64,000 nt of DNA, taken from Deinococcales bacterium (GTDB taxonomy: Bacteria; Deinococcota; Deinococci; Deinococcales; JAAFIG01). The DNA is taken from the NCBI GenBank assembly GCA_043778225.1, contig JAYWGM010000072.1, positions 14,954 to 78,953 of the forward strand, in the 5' to 3' direction. A program made the translations under genes and the position numbers. Below the pieces are notes generated by a model. It did not search any database, was not told the origin of the DNA, and saw nothing but the letters and a program-made list of their open reading frames with translations. Below, piece after piece: positions 30,101 to 39,159 of the stretch; position 1 is the stretch's first letter; the number at the start of each line of letters is the position of its first letter.

Positions 30101-30272
30101 CTCGAGTCGAATAAAACCCATAAGGCACGTTTTTAAGAAGTTGTGTGACCGCGCTGGTTTTACCAATCCCAGCCTCACCAAATAAGCAAAACGCCAAACC
30201 AGAACGACGCACCGCCACACTCGCCAAGCGCCTTTGAATTTGTAGCAGTAACTCTGCATTGGGAAAGCTCAT
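27186..30272 (-). CDS. AAA ATPase-TPR-BTAD transcriptional regulator
   Basis: GEAGIGKT Walker A, AAGNPLF, TPRs, C-terminal LEVLG...WRGAYL. Confidence 0.85.
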   Translation of the reverse strand: MSFPNAELLLQIQRRLASVAVRRSGLAFCLFGEAGIGKTSAVTQLLKNVPYGFYSTRAVTLVAQVLKNLPRPKRLPSWLEAKLGTDSSLETLLGLLEALAPFVLHIEDWHEATATAQDFWLRLALAAQHKKGVGVILTSRVAIESGLESWRLLPLDLLSSTTLLESEVGAALPPDASTWIYSRAAGNPLFTLEFFRHLARQGLLWNDTKRWHWREPPADAMPMTVEALIEQLLFDPSDSLSSRLALQARALLEIRVPQLMLDSNLWAQVAGLDLPELEFAELHLRRRGILSQSGFVHPLFREVTFKQLSSAGRADLATRALQILQVAHPELATEFLLDSQLPPQTALDVLLSCAKALEAQPTRAAQLKAKAAQFLVGLAKANLLLEAIGILVHSQPKEALSYAESILEMPDLPDATRIEAIYYATGAIVTTTRSIVAAENSLARLPVVYQNDTRYISSYLGFLMMCGQPTRALELWEAHAELHDVVETAVLIHVLSALVLTGEMQKAEHLSLDILQHPQLLPRERMSVLNIRAISLAQLGQLEASEIVALEAIALAQELEQHNAVGAMLFNRAVTLERTGQRDLMRDHATRALVALEKAGNFGLAAQAQLMLSNNDFEAGRYEPAEERLNAAYSALSQGSQTPFLVAVELSLVRFHLQRQLQYSQTLALKYARDALRHAQALEHDKLIASSQTHLCLALLQTQEVSQARECLELALPVLVNAPDSHSFYVLSAQARLLEAEQQTAVLAWQAVIARAEELGFLFDAHCYRLELARLEQNIHMAREAVVWFQEQGLLHGVNLAQSYFSELQATKTSLDQTKLQLEVLGTMQILNGGLVSAVKGQKRKELLAVLLEARLTGRSEVKTLELIDALYPNGLEEEALVSLRQTVFKARAAHGVALVATTANGYALGAVMTDAEEFLKSGDFAKWRGAYLEGFAPSEEINELLIAAAHKEAQRRLETEPKQVARVMRILLQTNPYDLETLRIACNALRLDNNHRTLQRLYSEAQAKLLEVGEVIPERWQDFLIEK

Positions 30273-30291
30273 GGAGCAACAGCATACTTGG

Positions 30292-31572
30292 TTAAGGCGT
30301 TAAACGGTTTCGGTCTCGAGGAAAAGCCCGAGCATAACGCACATTGCTAATCTCGAGAATTTTAGCGGTTAAGCGTTCTGCACCAATTGCCAGCCCACCA
30401 TGTGGTGGCATTCCGTGCTTAAAAACTTCTAAATACGCGCCAAATCCTTCTGGACTCACCCCACGGTATGCCATGTTCTCGAGCAGCATCTGGTAATCAT
30501 GAACCCGTTGTCCACCACTGGTGATTTCGATGCCACGAAACAGCAAATCAAAACTTTTGGTGGTGTTATCTTCAAAATTTGGGTAGGCATAAAAGGGACG
30601 GGCAGTGCGTGGGTATTTGGTCACAAACACAAAATCCGAGTCAAAATGCTCTAAAAAATGCCGCGAGATAATCCGTTCGCCTTCGGGGTCAAGGTCTTTA
30701 CCACCGTTGGTATGACCATATTTCTCGATGCACAAGGCTCGAGCCTCGGCAAGTGGGATTCGCGGGATTTTAGCTGGGATACTTGGCGCAGGTACACCAC
30801 ACAACTCGAGTTCGGGGCTGCATTCTTGAGCGACTTTCTCGAGCATATACGCCAAAACCAGATTTTCCATGTCCATCACATCTTCTTCGGATTCGATAAA
30901 ACCCATCTCGAGGTCTAGGCTCATGTACTCGTTCAAATGCCGACTGGTAGCGTGTTCCTCGGCTCGGTAAACACAAGCGGTTTCAAAAACCCGCTCGTAA
31001 ACCCCAACCATAATTTGCTTATAGACCTGCGGACTTTGTGCCAAATAGGCGGTTTGTTCAAAATACTGGACTTCAAACAAGCTGCTGCCGCCCTCTGCCC
31101 CAGCCGAAACAATTTTCGGGGTAAAAATTTCGGTAAAACCCTGAGCTATTAAAGCCTCGCGGAAACCCTGAATTAAGACCGCCTGAATTTTAAGTACCGC
31201 CCGTTCTTTTAAGCCACGCAAACTGACATAACGGTAATCAAGCAGCGTTTCGGGGTTGGCTTTCCATTCTTCTTTCGAGACCTCGACAGGTGCGGGTTCA
31301 ACCGCCACACTAATCGCTTCAAAACTCGAGACTTGGACCTCGAGACCCTGCGGCGCTCGAGGATTCGCCACGACCTTACCAAAAACCCTGACACTCGACT
31401 CGAGTAGTGGAATATGAATGCCCTTGCCAAGCACACATTGGGCTGTACCCGTGCGGTCACGCAGCACCAAAAACTGCACCCCGCCAAGGTCGCGCCGAAA
31501 ATGCACAAATCCCTCGAGTTTGACATCCATTCCAATACGTTCTTTAAGTTGATTGGTCAGTGTGCGTTCCAT
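30292..31572 (-). CDS. aspS: Non-discriminating aspartate--tRNA(Asp/Asn) ligase (archaeal type)
   Basis: OB fold, LAQSPQ, YRAE, EITSGGQR, PPHGG...ERL, FPRDRNRLTP; short length without GAD domain. Confidence 0.93.
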   Translation of the reverse strand: MERTLTNQLKERIGMDVKLEGFVHFRRDLGGVQFLVLRDRTGTAQCVLGKGIHIPLLESSVRVFGKVVANPRAPQGLEVQVSSFEAISVAVEPAPVEVSKEEWKANPETLLDYRYVSLRGLKERAVLKIQAVLIQGFREALIAQGFTEIFTPKIVSAGAEGGSSLFEVQYFEQTAYLAQSPQVYKQIMVGVYERVFETACVYRAEEHATSRHLNEYMSLDLEMGFIESEEDVMDMENLVLAYMLEKVAQECSPELELCGVPAPSIPAKIPRIPLAEARALCIEKYGHTNGGKDLDPEGERIISRHFLEHFDSDFVFVTKYPRTARPFYAYPNFEDNTTKSFDLLFRGIEITSGGQRVHDYQMLLENMAYRGVSPEGFGAYLEVFKHGMPPHGGLAIGAERLTAKILEISNVRYARAFPRDRNRLTP

Positions 31573-31588
31573 AATGCCCCTTATCAAG

Positions 31589-31616
31589 AAAAACCCCACT
31601 CGAGTCTCGAGCGGGG
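31589..31616 (-). terminator. Attenuator terminator in the aspS leader
   Basis: Minus strand CCCCGCTCGA-GAC-TCGAGTGGGG-TTTTT. Confidence 0.75.
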
Positions 31617-31643
31617 CGTGAAAACAAATCAAAGCCCCAACGA

Positions 31644-31685
31644 CTAAAAATCGTCGTCGGTGCGATTGTTAAAAATGTGTTTCAT
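31644..31685 (-). CDS. Asn/Asp-rich leader peptide MKHIFNNRTDDDF
   Basis: 13-aa ORF between promoter and attenuator; AAC AAT ... GAC GAC GAT codons. Confidence 0.8.
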   Translation of the reverse strand: MKHIFNNRTDDDF

Positions 31686-31696
31686 AACCAAGGCGG

Positions 31697-31726
31697 AGTA
31701 TAAACGCGAACCTCGAGACTCGTCAA
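31697..31726 (-). promoter_or_regulatory. sigma70 promoter of the aspS leader
   Basis: TTGACG-18 bp-TATACT on the minus strand. Confidence 0.65.
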
Positions 31727-31776
31727 GAACAAGTGTTTTTTTACATAGCCCCTCGAGACTTGAGGAAGTGATGGTT

Positions 31777-32196
31777 TTACTTTTTGGCTTTGAATCGGTC
31801 TACCCCACCCCATGCTTTAAGTTCGGCTTCTAGGGTGTCTTTGGGGATATTTGGCACAGAATCCTTATTGCCTGGTTGCGTCCATGCCACAACCTCGAGG
31901 ACATCATCATAACCATCACCATCGGAATCTTTTCTGGCTTTAAGGGCTAAGTAAAGTGCATCTGCAAAGACTTTATTCCCAGCACCATTCCACTCAGCCC
32001 GAACATTATCGCCAAAAGCATTCCACGGCGCTCTGCCTGTGGCGTTGAGATGGCAGTATTGGCAAGTCACTTTTTCGGCTTGTAAACCAAGTTGGGCAAT
32101 GGCTTGTAAGCGATGGGCTGGTCGGGCGGAGACCAACGGAATGGCGGTTAATCCAAGAATAGCCAAGGCTGCCACATGAACTGCTTTTAATCTCAT
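31777..32196 (-). CDS. Secreted small protein with CxxCH heme-c motif
   Basis: Signal peptide, CQYCH, DSDGDGYDD. Confidence 0.7.
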   Translation of the reverse strand: MRLKAVHVAALAILGLTAIPLVSARPAHRLQAIAQLGLQAEKVTCQYCHLNATGRAPWNAFGDNVRAEWNGAGNKVFADALYLALKARKDSDGDGYDDVLEVVAWTQPGNKDSVPNIPKDTLEAELKAWGGVDRFKAKK

Positions 32197-32274
32197 AAAA
32201 ATCCCCTTTTGTGATGAACTACACAATCATCACAAAAGGGGGCGGCAAGATTTGTATCGCAAAGAACAAATTCT

Positions 32275-32366
32275 CTAACAAACTTCATCCCTGCAAGGCT
32301 TAACCAATTTCATCCCTGCAAGGTTTGGCGAACTTCATCCCTGCAAAGCTTAACGAACTTCATCCC
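32275..32366. repeat. 25-bp tandem array (~3.5 units) containing the stop codon of the 659-aa gene
   Basis: AACTTCATCCCTGCAAGGCTTAACC-type units at 32281, 32306, 32331, partial 32356. Confidence 0.9.
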
Positions 32367-34329
32367 AGAACAAATCTGGCACAGTTGGCACGGCATCGGC
32401 TGGCAAATCGGTAAAGATGCCATATTGAATTAAATATGTGCCAGCCACCAAGCGCCCCATATTAAAGGTATTGCCCTCGAGCCGCCAATTGACCGCCACA
32501 GTTTGGTTGTTGACCAAGCCAGTCACGGCTGGGTTGGGGCGACGCACGGCTGGACTCGAGCCACCTTGGGGCAGTGGGTCTATAATCCGTAGGTTCTCGA
32601 CTGTGCGCTCGACCGTGATTGCCAGCGTCACAATATAGCCTTGGGCATCTTGGCTATAACTTTTGATGATTCTGACCGCACCTTTTTGTAAGTCAGTCAC
32701 TCGAGAAACCGTTACCCCTGCTGGTGGTAGCACCCGAATCATGCCTTCGGTACTCAATTCAAACGGTTCGAGTGCAGCACGGATTGTGCCAGCCGCACAG
32801 ACTCTGGCTGGAATTTGCAATGTGGCTGGTTTACCGCCGCTAATGTCGGTGGTCAGTTCAGTTGGAGCGCCAGTGGTCACTTCCTTGGGTAAGGTCAAAT
32901 TCAGCATGACTGGCACAGGGTACGGGAAATCAGTGGTGGCAGTGGCGGTCAGTAAACTCTGTTGGCAAGTTGCCACGATATTGGGCGAAACCTCGAGTTT
33001 AAGGCTTGCCGAAATGCGGTACTCGAGAACCACACGAGTAACTTGGTTATCCTGTACCACACCCGCTTTGGCTTCGACGGTCGAACCGGGCAATGGGGTT
33101 GGCGTGACTGGGTATTCGTTTGGGGTCAGAATCAAGGTACTTGGCGAACGTAGGTTTTGTCCAGCCGCCCGAAATGGAATGCCGTTAATTGGCACACGGG
33201 TTTTGCCAATAATCGCCACGGTTTCGACAATCAGCTGCCCTTGCACCGGACGCGCCACAAAACGGACTCGAGCCGCGCCCGGTTGGGTACGGGCAAGCAC
33301 CGACGAAACGACGGTGCCTTGTCCCTCGAGAACGCTGGCACTGACTGGAATCCAACCTTGGGGCAGGGTTGGCGAGATGGTGTACTCGCCGTCACCAACC
33401 AAATTATAACCAGCCCCCAAAATCGGACGACCTTGCGGGTCTACGACCTCAACCAATGGCGAGGGCAAAATACTCAAACCTTGCGGAGGAACAAAAGCGG
33501 GAATATCGGCATAAGCGGGTTGCTGATTTAAGCGCACTCGCAAGTTGATGGCATTGCTAAACTGTTTGGTGCTGGGCAGAATTCGCATCAAAATGCTCCA
33601 CTCGCCGACCAGTGCATTGGTGATGTCAAAACTGTCGGTGGCTTGTCCGCCATTTTCGGAGGTGGCAAGTTTACGGCGTTGACCATCGGGCGAAACCGCA
33701 TACAATTCAGCTTCAGCAGCCCCATCGGCATCGTAATTGGTCAATTCAAAGCGCTTACCGACCAATTCTCGAGCCACTTGAACTCGAGCCGCCAGTAAAT
33801 CGGTGTTGACTGTACCTCGAGCATTGACCGTAAACTGACTGGCTTGGATTTGATAGGGGCTGTTGGCACGCACCGCAAAAGCATTTTTACCATTGCCGGT
33901 GCTGCGAACCCGCAGGGTATAAATGCCAGCTTGAACCCGCAGACTGGTCAGGGCTTCCCATGTGTGCTTATCGGTTGTGCCGTATTTGCGTTCAAAAAGT
34001 TTTGTGCCATTTGGCGATAAAACCGTATAGGTGGTGTCAAATGGCAAATTACGCCCGTAGATTTCGTCGCCATAGTAGCCAGTGGTCACCCGACCATTGA
34101 CATAATCGTTGAGGTTTAAGCCCGGACTATAGACCTCGAGCGCCAGTGGTGCGTCTGTACCACTTGGCACAATAATTCGCAGTTCTTCGTAGGGAGTTGC
34201 CCAACTTTGGTTGCTGACACTGGCAAGCGGCAATGCGCCGCCAGCTTGTGCCAAAACTGGCGTGCTTAAAAGTGTTGCGCCAAGCAGCAGCGCCAAGCAT
34301 CTCGAGAAAAGGTTTGGTTTCACAAGCAT
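32350..34329 (-). CDS. Secreted Ig-like/DUF11-like hypothetical protein
   Basis: Signal peptide; beta-rich; IIDPLPQG motif. Confidence 0.7.
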   Translation of the reverse strand: MLVKPNLFSRCLALLLGATLLSTPVLAQAGGALPLASVSNQSWATPYEELRIIVPSGTDAPLALEVYSPGLNLNDYVNGRVTTGYYGDEIYGRNLPFDTTYTVLSPNGTKLFERKYGTTDKHTWEALTSLRVQAGIYTLRVRSTGNGKNAFAVRANSPYQIQASQFTVNARGTVNTDLLAARVQVARELVGKRFELTNYDADGAAEAELYAVSPDGQRRKLATSENGGQATDSFDITNALVGEWSILMRILPSTKQFSNAINLRVRLNQQPAYADIPAFVPPQGLSILPSPLVEVVDPQGRPILGAGYNLVGDGEYTISPTLPQGWIPVSASVLEGQGTVVSSVLARTQPGAARVRFVARPVQGQLIVETVAIIGKTRVPINGIPFRAAGQNLRSPSTLILTPNEYPVTPTPLPGSTVEAKAGVVQDNQVTRVVLEYRISASLKLEVSPNIVATCQQSLLTATATTDFPYPVPVMLNLTLPKEVTTGAPTELTTDISGGKPATLQIPARVCAAGTIRAALEPFELSTEGMIRVLPPAGVTVSRVTDLQKGAVRIIKSYSQDAQGYIVTLAITVERTVENLRIIDPLPQGGSSPAVRRPNPAVTGLVNNQTVAVNWRLEGNTFNMGRLVAGTYLIQYGIFTDLPADAVPTVPDLFWDEVR

Positions 34330-34366
34330 CAGTTTACAGTAAGTTATGTCAAGTCGTCACCATCTG

Positions 34367-35521
34367 TCAGGATAGGTAGCCGACCGCCAAACGCATCGCC
34401 TCGAGTGCCGCCTCTAAGCCAGCGATGTTAGCCCCACTGCCTTGGGCGAGGTCTTTTTTGCCGCCGCCTTTACCATCAATCAACGGTAAACCCAGCGCCA
34501 GAATTTCTCGAGCTTGGGCTGTTATCGCCCTCCCACAAGTCACGGTCAGGTATGCCCTCGAGTCGTCGCTTGCACCCAAAATTGCAATCAGATTATCTCG
34601 AGCGGTACAGACTTTGGCAAGTTCGGCTAAAAGGCTGACATCTTCTAGCCGATGCACCACCACGCCACGCAGAAAACCCGAGGCAATTCTGGCAGCCAAT
34701 TGGCTGCGTAACTGTATTATTTCTAATTTGGCTGTACCAAGTTCTTCGAGGGCAGCTAAAGTGCGGGTTGGCACATTTTCGATACCACTCGAGAAACGCA
34801 AAGCCAAAGCCGCCACAAAGTCGTGTTTTAAGCGGTAATCCTCGAGTAAGCGCACCCCACAATTAAAATAGACCCGAGTCGCACCGCTTTTAATTCGCTC
34901 GAGCTTGAAAATTTTAATCAGCCCAACTTCACTGCTGCGGCTGGTGTGTGTCCCCGCACAGGCACTGTAATCAAAATTGCCAATTTGCACCACCCGAATC
35001 TGCCCAGATACCTTTGGAACGCGCCTAAATGGAAGACTGGCAATTTCGGAGTCTGGAATTTCATAGGTCTGAATCGGCAGGGCAGCCAAAACCGCATCGT
35101 TGGCGATTTGTTCTGCCGAAAGCGCAGTTGCCCAATCGGTGCTTTGGGCTAAATCCAGAGTACAGACCGAATGCTCCATATTGACGGCAATCACATCGCG
35201 CGATAAACGAAAAAAAGCCTGTCCAAGCAGATGCTCGCCAGTGTGTTGCTGCATATGGTCAAAACGCCGTGACCAATCCAGCTGACCAGTCAAAACTTCG
35301 GGTAATTCAACCGCCGACTCGAGCCAATGCCATATTTTACCGTCTTTTTTGCTGGTCTCGAGAACCCGAAAACCATTCAGGCTGCCCGTATCGCAGAGTT
35401 GTCCGCCACCACCGGGATAAAAAGCCGTTGCCTCGAGACAGACCGCGTTGCTTTGAACTTGGGTGACACGACTGCTAAAAGCCGCGAGATACCCATTTTG
35501 ATGATATAACTTTTGGCTCAT
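34367..35521 (-). CDS. Alanyl-tRNA editing protein (AlaX family, with DHHA1)
   Basis: FYPGGGGQ, HMQQHTGEH, ACAGTH, GKGGG. Confidence 0.9.
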   Translation of the reverse strand: MSQKLYHQNGYLAAFSSRVTQVQSNAVCLEATAFYPGGGGQLCDTGSLNGFRVLETSKKDGKIWHWLESAVELPEVLTGQLDWSRRFDHMQQHTGEHLLGQAFFRLSRDVIAVNMEHSVCTLDLAQSTDWATALSAEQIANDAVLAALPIQTYEIPDSEIASLPFRRVPKVSGQIRVVQIGNFDYSACAGTHTSRSSEVGLIKIFKLERIKSGATRVYFNCGVRLLEDYRLKHDFVAALALRFSSGIENVPTRTLAALEELGTAKLEIIQLRSQLAARIASGFLRGVVVHRLEDVSLLAELAKVCTARDNLIAILGASDDSRAYLTVTCGRAITAQAREILALGLPLIDGKGGGKKDLAQGSGANIAGLEAALEAMRLAVGYLS

Positions 35522-36129
35522 GGCTCGAGCATACAACGGGCTGGTGCGCCGTCGGCATCAGCTAAATTCATCGGCAGACAAACCAAGCGGTACTGCCCAG
35601 CCACGACATCAGCCAAAGCCAGCCCCTCGAGAATATAAAGCCCAGCCGCCGCCATGGCAGCGTGTCCGGGTAAATCCTTGCTGGTCAAACTGTCCACACT
35701 TGGCGCATCTGTGCCGAGTAAATCAATCCCTCGAGCCGCTAAATAGGGCGGTAGGCTTGGGGCGACCACTGCCCACTCGAGCGGAAAAGTCTCCCAATGG
35801 TTTGGCTGCCCAGTCTTAAATAACACTTTGCCGACCCCACTTAAATCAAGGTTCTCGAGTAAACTTGGCGTGAGTTCGCTTGCCCCAATTGCCTCGACCA
35901 CCAAACATCGCCCGACCCAAGTCTTGAGTGGAATCTGGTCGAGTTTTAGCCCTTGGTCGGTGTAATGCCATGGGGCATCAACGTGTGTTCCAGTATGGAC
36001 ACTCATCTGGATTCTGCCAACATTAACGGCTGCGCCCTCGGCAATTTTGACGGGTACAGTGTAGGAAACAGGCTCGTCGCCCAGCCAACTGACCATGCCG
36101 TGAAAAATCCGCCGTGTAATATCAATCAT
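35518..36129 (-). CDS. kynB: Cyclase family protein / kynurenine formamidase
   Basis: HTGTHVDAPWH, GTDAPSVD, ILEGL, DGAPAR. Confidence 0.8.
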   Translation of the reverse strand: MIDITRRIFHGMVSWLGDEPVSYTVPVKIAEGAAVNVGRIQMSVHTGTHVDAPWHYTDQGLKLDQIPLKTWVGRCLVVEAIGASELTPSLLENLDLSGVGKVLFKTGQPNHWETFPLEWAVVAPSLPPYLAARGIDLLGTDAPSVDSLTSKDLPGHAAMAAAGLYILEGLALADVVAGQYRLVCLPMNLADADGAPARCMLEP

Positions 36130-36137
36130 GCGCCATT

Positions 36138-36962
36138 CTATAACTTCGTTGCCTCGAGCAGCACCCAATCTGCCATCTGCCGACGTTGACGCAACACAAA
36201 ACCATGAATAGCTAAGGATTCCAGCACCAGTGTTTCGCGCCCACTCGAGGTATCCCAAGTGATTTGTTCACCAGCATCGGCTTGGTCTGTGCCAGCCAAA
36301 ATACCCGTCAGAACTAAAATCCCATTTTGGGCTAGGGCGGCTTTGTACTGCGGCATCAAAAGTGCATGGAGTTCGGCAAATAAGTTTGCCACAATCAAAT
36401 CAAATGGCGCTTGGGGCAGCATATCCTCGAGTAAACCCGCCTTAAATTCGATTTGCACCCCATTCTGAGCCGCATTCTCGAGCGCCACCGCCACAGTGCT
36501 TGGGTCGTTGTCCACCCCGTAAACCATGGCTGCGCCGAGTTTAGCCGCCACCATTGCCAGAATACCCGTACCCGCCCCAACATCCAGCACTTTGAGGGTT
36601 TTGAGATCGTGTTCTTGCAGCGCTAGAATTGCCATTTGGGTGGTTTGGTGCTGTCCAGTGCCAAAGGCAAGCCCCGGCTCGAGTAATAATTGAATCGCAC
36701 TGGTACTTGGTTGTTCGAGCCACGGCGGGGTAATCGTGACCTTACCAATCGTCACGGCTTCTAAACTGGCACGGTAGGCGGCAATCCAGTCGGTGTCGTC
36801 GGCTTTGACCCAAGTCCCACCAAATGGCAACTCGAACGGCGCATCAAAATACGCCAGCACCGTGCCGTTGTCTTCGCTGAGTCCTTGGCAACCCGCTTCC
36901 CACAAGTCTGGGGTCAGCGGGTCTAAATTCTCGAGTGTGCCAAGCAGACGGTAGGTGTACAT
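36138..36962 (-). CDS. prmA: Ribosomal protein L11 methyltransferase
   Basis: PGLAFGTGQHQTT, LDVGAGTGIL, VANL. Confidence 0.92.
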   Translation of the reverse strand: MYTYRLLGTLENLDPLTPDLWEAGCQGLSEDNGTVLAYFDAPFELPFGGTWVKADDTDWIAAYRASLEAVTIGKVTITPPWLEQPSTSAIQLLLEPGLAFGTGQHQTTQMAILALQEHDLKTLKVLDVGAGTGILAMVAAKLGAAMVYGVDNDPSTVAVALENAAQNGVQIEFKAGLLEDMLPQAPFDLIVANLFAELHALLMPQYKAALAQNGILVLTGILAGTDQADAGEQITWDTSSGRETLVLESLAIHGFVLRQRRQMADWVLLEATKL

Positions 36963-36971
36963 CTGGGCATT

Positions 36972-37787
36972 CTAGCCCAGCAATTCACGTAAAAACCGAA
37001 CACTCTGGCGCACCCCATCTACCCCATCGTTAATCTCAAGGTTGATTGTGCCAGTAAAGCCGCGCAGCCAATCGCGCAAATCCTGCCACGGCACACCGTT
37101 TAGACTGCCAAGGGTGTGATGTGCATCCCTTGTGCCGTCGTTGTCTTGAAGGTGCAAATGAATGGTGTTGCTTAATCCATGCACATACTCGAGTAGCCTT
37201 GCTCTCCCCTGCTCGAGTCCACCCGTGCCAGTCCCGTCCTCTATGTTGGTTGTACAACCCTCGACCAGCGCATGACCGACATCTATGCAGTTGCCCCAGC
37301 CAATGCCTTTGGTAATCGTCTCGAGTTCGTTTGCACCGCGCAGCAAGTCGTAACCATCAAGCGCCAGATTCTCGAGCGCAATCGGAACAAGTGGCACAAT
37401 TTCGGATAAACTCTGCTCGAGTTTGGCTTTGGCAAAAGGCAAAATCATCTCATGGCGCATCGGGACTAAGCCACTGTGCAGCACCGCACAGATGGCGTTT
37501 ATTTCGGCAGCATACTCGAGTCCACGGTTGGTACGCACAACACTGTTTTCGCGCACCCCCGGAAAAAGACTGGCAAGGTTTAAGTCAACATACGATAAAT
37601 GTACGGTCACACCAATGCCCGTGGCTCGAGTCAGTTCTCGAATCAGTTTGATGTCTTGGGCGGCGGGCAGTAACTCGTGGGCATCAAACGACAACTCGAC
37701 AAAATCTAACTCGAGTTCGGCAGCCAACTTAAAGGCTTCGGTGGTGTCCAAAATCATCGCATTGAGTGGTGTAAAACCAAGCCGCAT
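36972..37787 (-). CDS. Sugar phosphate isomerase/epimerase (AP endonuclease 2 TIM barrel)
   Basis: ALENL, DVGH, HLHLQDNDG. Confidence 0.85.
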   Translation of the reverse strand: MRLGFTPLNAMILDTTEAFKLAAELELDFVELSFDAHELLPAAQDIKLIRELTRATGIGVTVHLSYVDLNLASLFPGVRENSVVRTNRGLEYAAEINAICAVLHSGLVPMRHEMILPFAKAKLEQSLSEIVPLVPIALENLALDGYDLLRGANELETITKGIGWGNCIDVGHALVEGCTTNIEDGTGTGGLEQGRARLLEYVHGLSNTIHLHLQDNDGTRDAHHTLGSLNGVPWQDLRDWLRGFTGTINLEINDGVDGVRQSVRFLRELLG

Positions 37788-39007
37788 TACCTGACCGCCA
37801 AGGCGCGGCGTTGGGCTTCCTCGAGTGCCGATTTTACGTCTGTGCCACCTTTCAGGATTCGTTCAAGGGCATCCTCGAGGATGATTTTCTGGGCAGCATA
37901 CTGCGGCGTGCGCGGGCGCGGTACGGCTTCGTCAAATTGCTCGAAAGCCACTTTACGGTAGGGGTTTTCTTTATACCAATCTGCCAAGAGCGGCAGCACA
38001 CTGCGGCGCACTGGCACATAATACCCAGCCTTGGTCCAACGCACGATGTTCTCGGGTTTCATCAAAAATTGCCAAAATGCCCAAGCGCCAGTCCGTTCCT
38101 CGAGACTGGCATCTTTTAAGACCACCAGTTGCGCTCCGCCAAACGGCACAACCCGCTTACTGACAATCGGCATTGGGGCAACCCCAAGTTCAAACGCCAC
38201 GCTATAGGGCAGAATATCGGGCCAATTGGCGATGCTGGCAATTGCCATCTGGGCTTTGGTGCGAACAAAATCCAGAATTGCAAATTGGGCTTCGCCTAGG
38301 CTGCGTGGAATCGCCGCACCCTGCTTGACCAAATCCTGCAAAAACTGCGCCGCCTCGAGAACTTCTTTGCTGTTAAAATTGGCTTGCCCGTTGGGCAAAA
38401 CCACATTGCCACCTCGGGTTAAAACCATCTGCTCGAACTGCCAAGAATCAGCCACGGCAATAAAGCCTTTGCCTGTGCGGTTGGTCAGGGTTTTGGCTAA
38501 AATCGCAAATTCTGCCCAAGTGTTTGGTGGGCGCAGACCCTTGGATTTTAAGAGCGAAGCATTGTAAAACAGCACCGGCGTACTCGAGTTCCACGGTAAG
38601 CCATAACGTTTGCCTTCATAAATGCCATAATTCCAAACGGCTGGAAAGAAATCTTTTTCTATTGATGGCTCGAGGTTTTTTTCAAATGGCGCAAGGTCGG
38701 CAAGGACACCATCTTCGGCAAGTTTTGGAAAGAAACCTATTTCGGCTTGGAACATCGTTGGCGCAGTGTTGGCACGAAGCGCAGCCACCAATTTAGTGGC
38801 GCTTTGGATGTACGAACCGACCTCTTGGGCATCCACTTGATACTGATTTTGCGAGGCATTAAATTCCAAAGCAAAAGCATCAACAGTTTTATCTGCCCCT
38901 GCCATGCTGTGCCAAAAAACCACTTTGGTTGGGTTGCGTTGGGCTTGTGCCACCAATAATGCCGAAGTCACCACTGCGGCAGCCACAAAAAACACTTGAC
39001 GATTCAT
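37787..39007 (-). CDS. ABC transporter substrate-binding protein (UgpB-like)
   Basis: FWHSM, GLPWNSSTPVLFYN, GYYVPVR. Confidence 0.9.
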   Translation of the reverse strand: MNRQVFFVAAAVVTSALLVAQAQRNPTKVVFWHSMAGADKTVDAFALEFNASQNQYQVDAQEVGSYIQSATKLVAALRANTAPTMFQAEIGFFPKLAEDGVLADLAPFEKNLEPSIEKDFFPAVWNYGIYEGKRYGLPWNSSTPVLFYNASLLKSKGLRPPNTWAEFAILAKTLTNRTGKGFIAVADSWQFEQMVLTRGGNVVLPNGQANFNSKEVLEAAQFLQDLVKQGAAIPRSLGEAQFAILDFVRTKAQMAIASIANWPDILPYSVAFELGVAPMPIVSKRVVPFGGAQLVVLKDASLEERTGAWAFWQFLMKPENIVRWTKAGYYVPVRRSVLPLLADWYKENPYRKVAFEQFDEAVPRPRTPQYAAQKIILEDALERILKGGTDVKSALEEAQRRALAVR

Positions 39008-39159
39008 GAAAAACCTCCAGATTTGGAATTCTAGGATTCTACTGTGAATTGAAGGTCAGGTGGAAGAAGCCTGCGCCATCTTACCGAGCATCCCTAAGCG
39101 CTTTGGGCATTATGAAAACTCGAGCCAAAGCGCTACAGTTAGCTTAGGAGAAAATTATT

